A stretch of 44,559 bases of DNA from Gammaproteobacteria bacterium (GTDB lineage: Bacteria > Pseudomonadota > Gammaproteobacteria > Burkholderiales > SG8-39). The translations under genes and the position numbers were made by a program. The DNA is taken from assembly GCA_041488375.1 (NCBI GenBank), contig JBGPPD010000003.1, forward strand, positions 1 through 44,559, given 5' to 3'. Shown here in pieces: positions 42,113 through 44,559 of the stretch (position 1 is the first letter of the stretch; each line of letters opens with the position of its first letter). Under the pieces are notes generated by a model. That model saw only the letters and a program-made list of their open reading frames with translations. It searched no databases and was not told where the DNA came from.

Positions 42113-42424
42113 GTGAACCCCGCGCTGCGGGGCTGGTCGAATGGGCACGGACATTGCGTGGCTGCAAGCATGATCACCATTGCCGAGCCAGAGCCGGAAC
42201 GCGAACATCCCGTCGTCGCCGGGATAGCCATCGCAGCCATATTGCTGGTGTCCTTGCTGATCGCCTGGGCGCGCATCGAGGTGCAGGGCACGCGCGACCT
42301 GGAAGCCGCGCTGGCGGAAGAGTCCGAGGCACGCGAGCCCCCGGCGGGGGACAGCGCGCGGCGCCAAGTGCTCGTCGACGACGCAGTCACCGCCAACCGC
42401 TGGGCGTCCGCCTTCTCGCCCTGA
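42113..42424 (+). CDS. Hypothetical single-pass membrane protein (start uncertain: GTG 42113 or ATG 42170)
   Basis: One TM (VVAGIAIAAILLVSLLIAW) followed by an acidic tail. GGGAG lies 10 nt before GTG 42113. No family recognised. Confidence 0.35.
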   Translation: MNPALRGWSNGHGHCVAASMITIAEPEPEREHPVVAGIAIAAILLVSLLIAWARIEVQGTRDLEAALAEESEAREPPAGDSARRQVLVDDAVTANRWASAFSP

Positions 42425-42503
42425 CCGGGGTCGCGCGCACCAACCTCGTGCACAATCGGCGCTCCTCCAGTCGCTGGTGCGCGACGCAAACAGGCGGATC
42501 AAA

Positions 42504-43133
42504 ATGAAAATCGAAATCGTGTCGGACGTGGTCTGCCCGTGGTGTTACATCGGCAAGCGCCGGCTGGAGAAGGCGCTGGCGCTGCTGGCCGGGGAACTGC
42601 AGGCGGAGGTGGCCTGGCTGCCGTTCCAGCTCAACCCGGGGATGCCGCTGGGGGGCATGGCGCGCGCCGAATACCGGCGCGCGAAGTTCGGCTCCACGGA
42701 ACGCGGCCGCCAGCTGGACGCACGCGTCGCCGCCGAAGGGCGCGGCGAGGGCATCGAGTTTGCCCTCGAGCGCATCGAGCGCACGCCCAATACTTTCGCC
42801 GCGCACCAGCTGATCGACCTGGCGCAGGAGCGCGGCGCGGGCGGCGCGGTGGTCGATGCGCTGTTCCGCGCCTACTTCGAGGAAGCGCGCGACACCGGCA
42901 GCCGCGAAGTGCTGCTCGGCGTCGCCGAGGCCGCCGGATTGCCGCGCGCCGAGGTCGAAGCGCGCTGGAGCGACGCGGCGCAGGCGCAACGCGTCGCGCA
43001 GCTGGAGGAAAGCATGAAGGCGCTCGGCATCAGCGGCGTGCCGACGTTCATCATCGATCGCAGGGTCGGCGTATCGGGCGCCCAGCAGGCCGAGGCGCTG
43101 GCCGCGGCGATGCGCGAAGCGGCTAGGACGTGA
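42504..43133 (+). CDS. DsbA-family oxidoreductase (FrnE / 2-hydroxychromene-2-carboxylate isomerase-like)
   Basis: ATG at 42504 gives MKIEIVSDVVCPWCYIGKRRLE (CPWC thioredoxin-fold motif) and a late GISGVPTFII. Confidence 0.88.
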   Translation: MKIEIVSDVVCPWCYIGKRRLEKALALLAGELQAEVAWLPFQLNPGMPLGGMARAEYRRAKFGSTERGRQLDARVAAEGRGEGIEFALERIERTPNTFAAHQLIDLAQERGAGGAVVDALFRAYFEEARDTGSREVLLGVAEAAGLPRAEVEARWSDAAQAQRVAQLEESMKALGISGVPTFIIDRRVGVSGAQQAEALAAAMREAART

Positions 43134-43752
43134 AATCGAGCCTGTCGTCGCGCAGCACGCCGTAGATGCGGATCGACGGCCGATTGTGCAGTTCGAGGGG
43201 CGGCAGCGGCTGGGCGTCCAGCTCCAGTTCGGCCACCGATACCACGCCCATCACGGCGTGCGACAGCACCAGCTCCCCCGCGCGCGCGCGGTGCACCAGG
43301 CGCTCGGCAATGCTGACGCAGTCGCCGAACACCACGTCATTGCGCTGGCCGGTCGGACCTGCCTCGCCGAACACGGCATCGCCGAGGTGCACCCCGAGGG
43401 CGATCGCCGCGCGCAGGCCGTAGTCGCGCTGCCAGGCTTGCACCACCGGGTCGAAGTCCCCCGCCATGCGCTGCGCCGCACGCACGGCGCTGCGCGCCTG
43501 TTCCGCCGGCGTGCCGTGGCGGAAGGCGGCGAGCAGCGAGTCGTTGTGCACGCCGATGACTTCTCCGCCGTTCGCCTGCACCGCGCCGGCTGCGCAGTCG
43601 AAAAACTGGTCCGCCAGCGCCAGCACGCGCGCCGCATCGAGCATTTCCGACATGCTGGTGAAATTACGCAGCTCGGCGAACAGGACTACCGACGGCGCGC
43701 GCACCGCGGGGTTGTCACGCTGCGTGGCGACGGCCACTACCTGGGCTCCCAT
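43123..43752 (-). CDS. Stand-alone class III cyclase-homology domain protein with degenerate catalytic positions
   Basis: VLFAELRNFTS where FxDIxGFT is expected (Asp to Glu). HNDSLLAAF keeps the Asp. GDCVSIAERL shows Asn to Ser with the Arg kept. Confidence 0.7.
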   Translation of the reverse strand: MGAQVVAVATQRDNPAVRAPSVVLFAELRNFTSMSEMLDAARVLALADQFFDCAAGAVQANGGEVIGVHNDSLLAAFRHGTPAEQARSAVRAAQRMAGDFDPVVQAWQRDYGLRAAIALGVHLGDAVFGEAGPTGQRNDVVFGDCVSIAERLVHRARAGELVLSHAVMGVVSVAELELDAQPLPPLELHNRPSIRIYGVLRDDRLDFTS

Positions 43753-43874
43753 GGGACGGTTTCCGCTCCGGGCGACGCCGACATCGTAGGCAGGGCGCAG
43801 GTCGCGGGGGAGGAACTAGTTCCGCTGCCGGGCTGCGGGCGGGACGGGCGGCGCGTCATGGCCGACAGGCGGCT

Positions 43875-44471
43875 TCAGCCGTAGAGGGCCAGCAGCGCCA
43901 CCACGAACACCACCAGCGCGCCCGCGGCCAGGAACACCAGCGAGGCGTCGGACACGGTCGGCAGGTCCGGGTCGCGCGGCACCGGCTCCGCGGGGTGCTC
44001 GTCGTGAGCGGCCGCCGCCGGCACGGCATGCCGGGCGCCCATCGTTTCATTGAACGCGTCGAAGAAGTCCTGCGACATCTTGCGCGCCGCGACATCCACC
44101 AGGCGCGAGCCGATCTGCGCCAGCTTGCCGCCGACGTTGGCCTTCACCTGGTAGCTGAGCCTGGCGCCATCGCCGTCGGGCGCCAGCTGCACCTGCGCCG
44201 AACCCTTGCCGAAGCCGGCCGCGCCGCCCTGGCCCTCGAAAGCGATGGCATACGAGTGCGGGGGATTCAGGTCGGACAAGGTCAGCTTGCCCTTGAACTT
44301 GGCGCTCACCGGCCCGATGCGCGCCACCATCAGCACCTGGAATTCGTTGTCGGCGATGCGCTCAATGGATTCGCAGCCGGGCACGCAGGCCTTCAGGATC
44401 TCCGGGTCGTTGAGCGCTGCCCAAGTGTCGTCTTGCGACGCCGGGACCCGCTGCTCGCCGCTCATTTCCAT
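43875..44471 (-). CDS. coxG: CoxG-like SRPBCC protein with C-terminal TM anchor
   Basis: VWAALNDPEILKACVPGCESIE...GGKLAQIGSRLVD is the CoxG signature. C-terminal TM LVFLAAGALVVFVVALLAL. Confidence 0.85.
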   Translation of the reverse strand: MEMSGEQRVPASQDDTWAALNDPEILKACVPGCESIERIADNEFQVLMVARIGPVSAKFKGKLTLSDLNPPHSYAIAFEGQGGAAGFGKGSAQVQLAPDGDGARLSYQVKANVGGKLAQIGSRLVDVAARKMSQDFFDAFNETMGARHAVPAAAAHDEHPAEPVPRDPDLPTVSDASLVFLAAGALVVFVVALLALYG

Positions 44472-44559
44472 GCGCTGCTCTCCGTTTTCCGCGCCAGGGG
44501 CCGGCGCAACGTGTGCGCCAGGTCGACCAGGCTCTTCAGATTATGCACCGGCAGGAACA
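44462..44559 (-). CDS. 3' end of an upstream CDS (C-terminus FLPVHNLKSLVDLAHTLRRPLARKTESSAWK); possibly a CoxE-like VWA protein
   Basis: Hand translation of the reverse strand. The stop TGA (complement of 44462-44464) overlaps the coxG start by 10 nt. The product guess rests only on cox-cluster context and a remembered C-terminal pattern. Confidence 0.3.
   Translation of the reverse strand, partial: FLPVHNLKSLVDLAHTLRRPLARKTESSAWK

Overview
High-GC (about 70%) proteobacterial chromosomal window with beta/gamma-proteobacterial synteny (pcnB-folK, hda, divergent yjgA/pmbA). It is densely packed with about 46 CDS. No rRNA, tRNA, CRISPR array, transposase or integrase is visible. All product calls come from reading the translated ORFs for motifs by eye; no database search was run. 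Many long ORFs in the track are antisense or off-frame shadows typical of high-GC DNA and were discarded. The backbone is housekeeping: panC, deoxynucleoside kinase, folK, pcnB, HAD hydrolase, hda, AI-2E permease, purM, dnaE, metG, apbC, dcd, folA, thyA, mog, yjgA, pmbA, a DsbA-like protein and coxG.

Four regions stand out.

1. A roughly 10-kb minus-strand gene string (25676 to 15626). A class III cyclase-PEGA protein, a TPR-like lipoprotein and a tail-anchored Hanks Ser/Thr kinase run directly into a six-subunit hydrogenase-4-like membrane complex; the kinase stop overlaps the next start by 1 nt. The NuoCD-like large subunit of that complex has lost all [NiFe] cysteine ligands, which fits the Ehr (energy-converting hydrogenase-related) type. 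This is the best candidate for an undescribed system.

2. A QseE/QseG/QseF (GlrK/YfhG/GlrR)-like three-component module. It is followed by a complete predicted sigma54 control region: two (T/c)GTC-N10-GACA boxes, an IHF consensus and TGGCACG-N4-TTGC. This region faces a small membrane-protein gene.

3. A receiver-Ser/Thr kinase hybrid that is translationally coupled to thyA and lies divergent to a large PilZ-domain protein.

4. A fold-III ornithine/lysine decarboxylase behind a near-consensus sigma70 promoter, with a leader that contains a short uORF.
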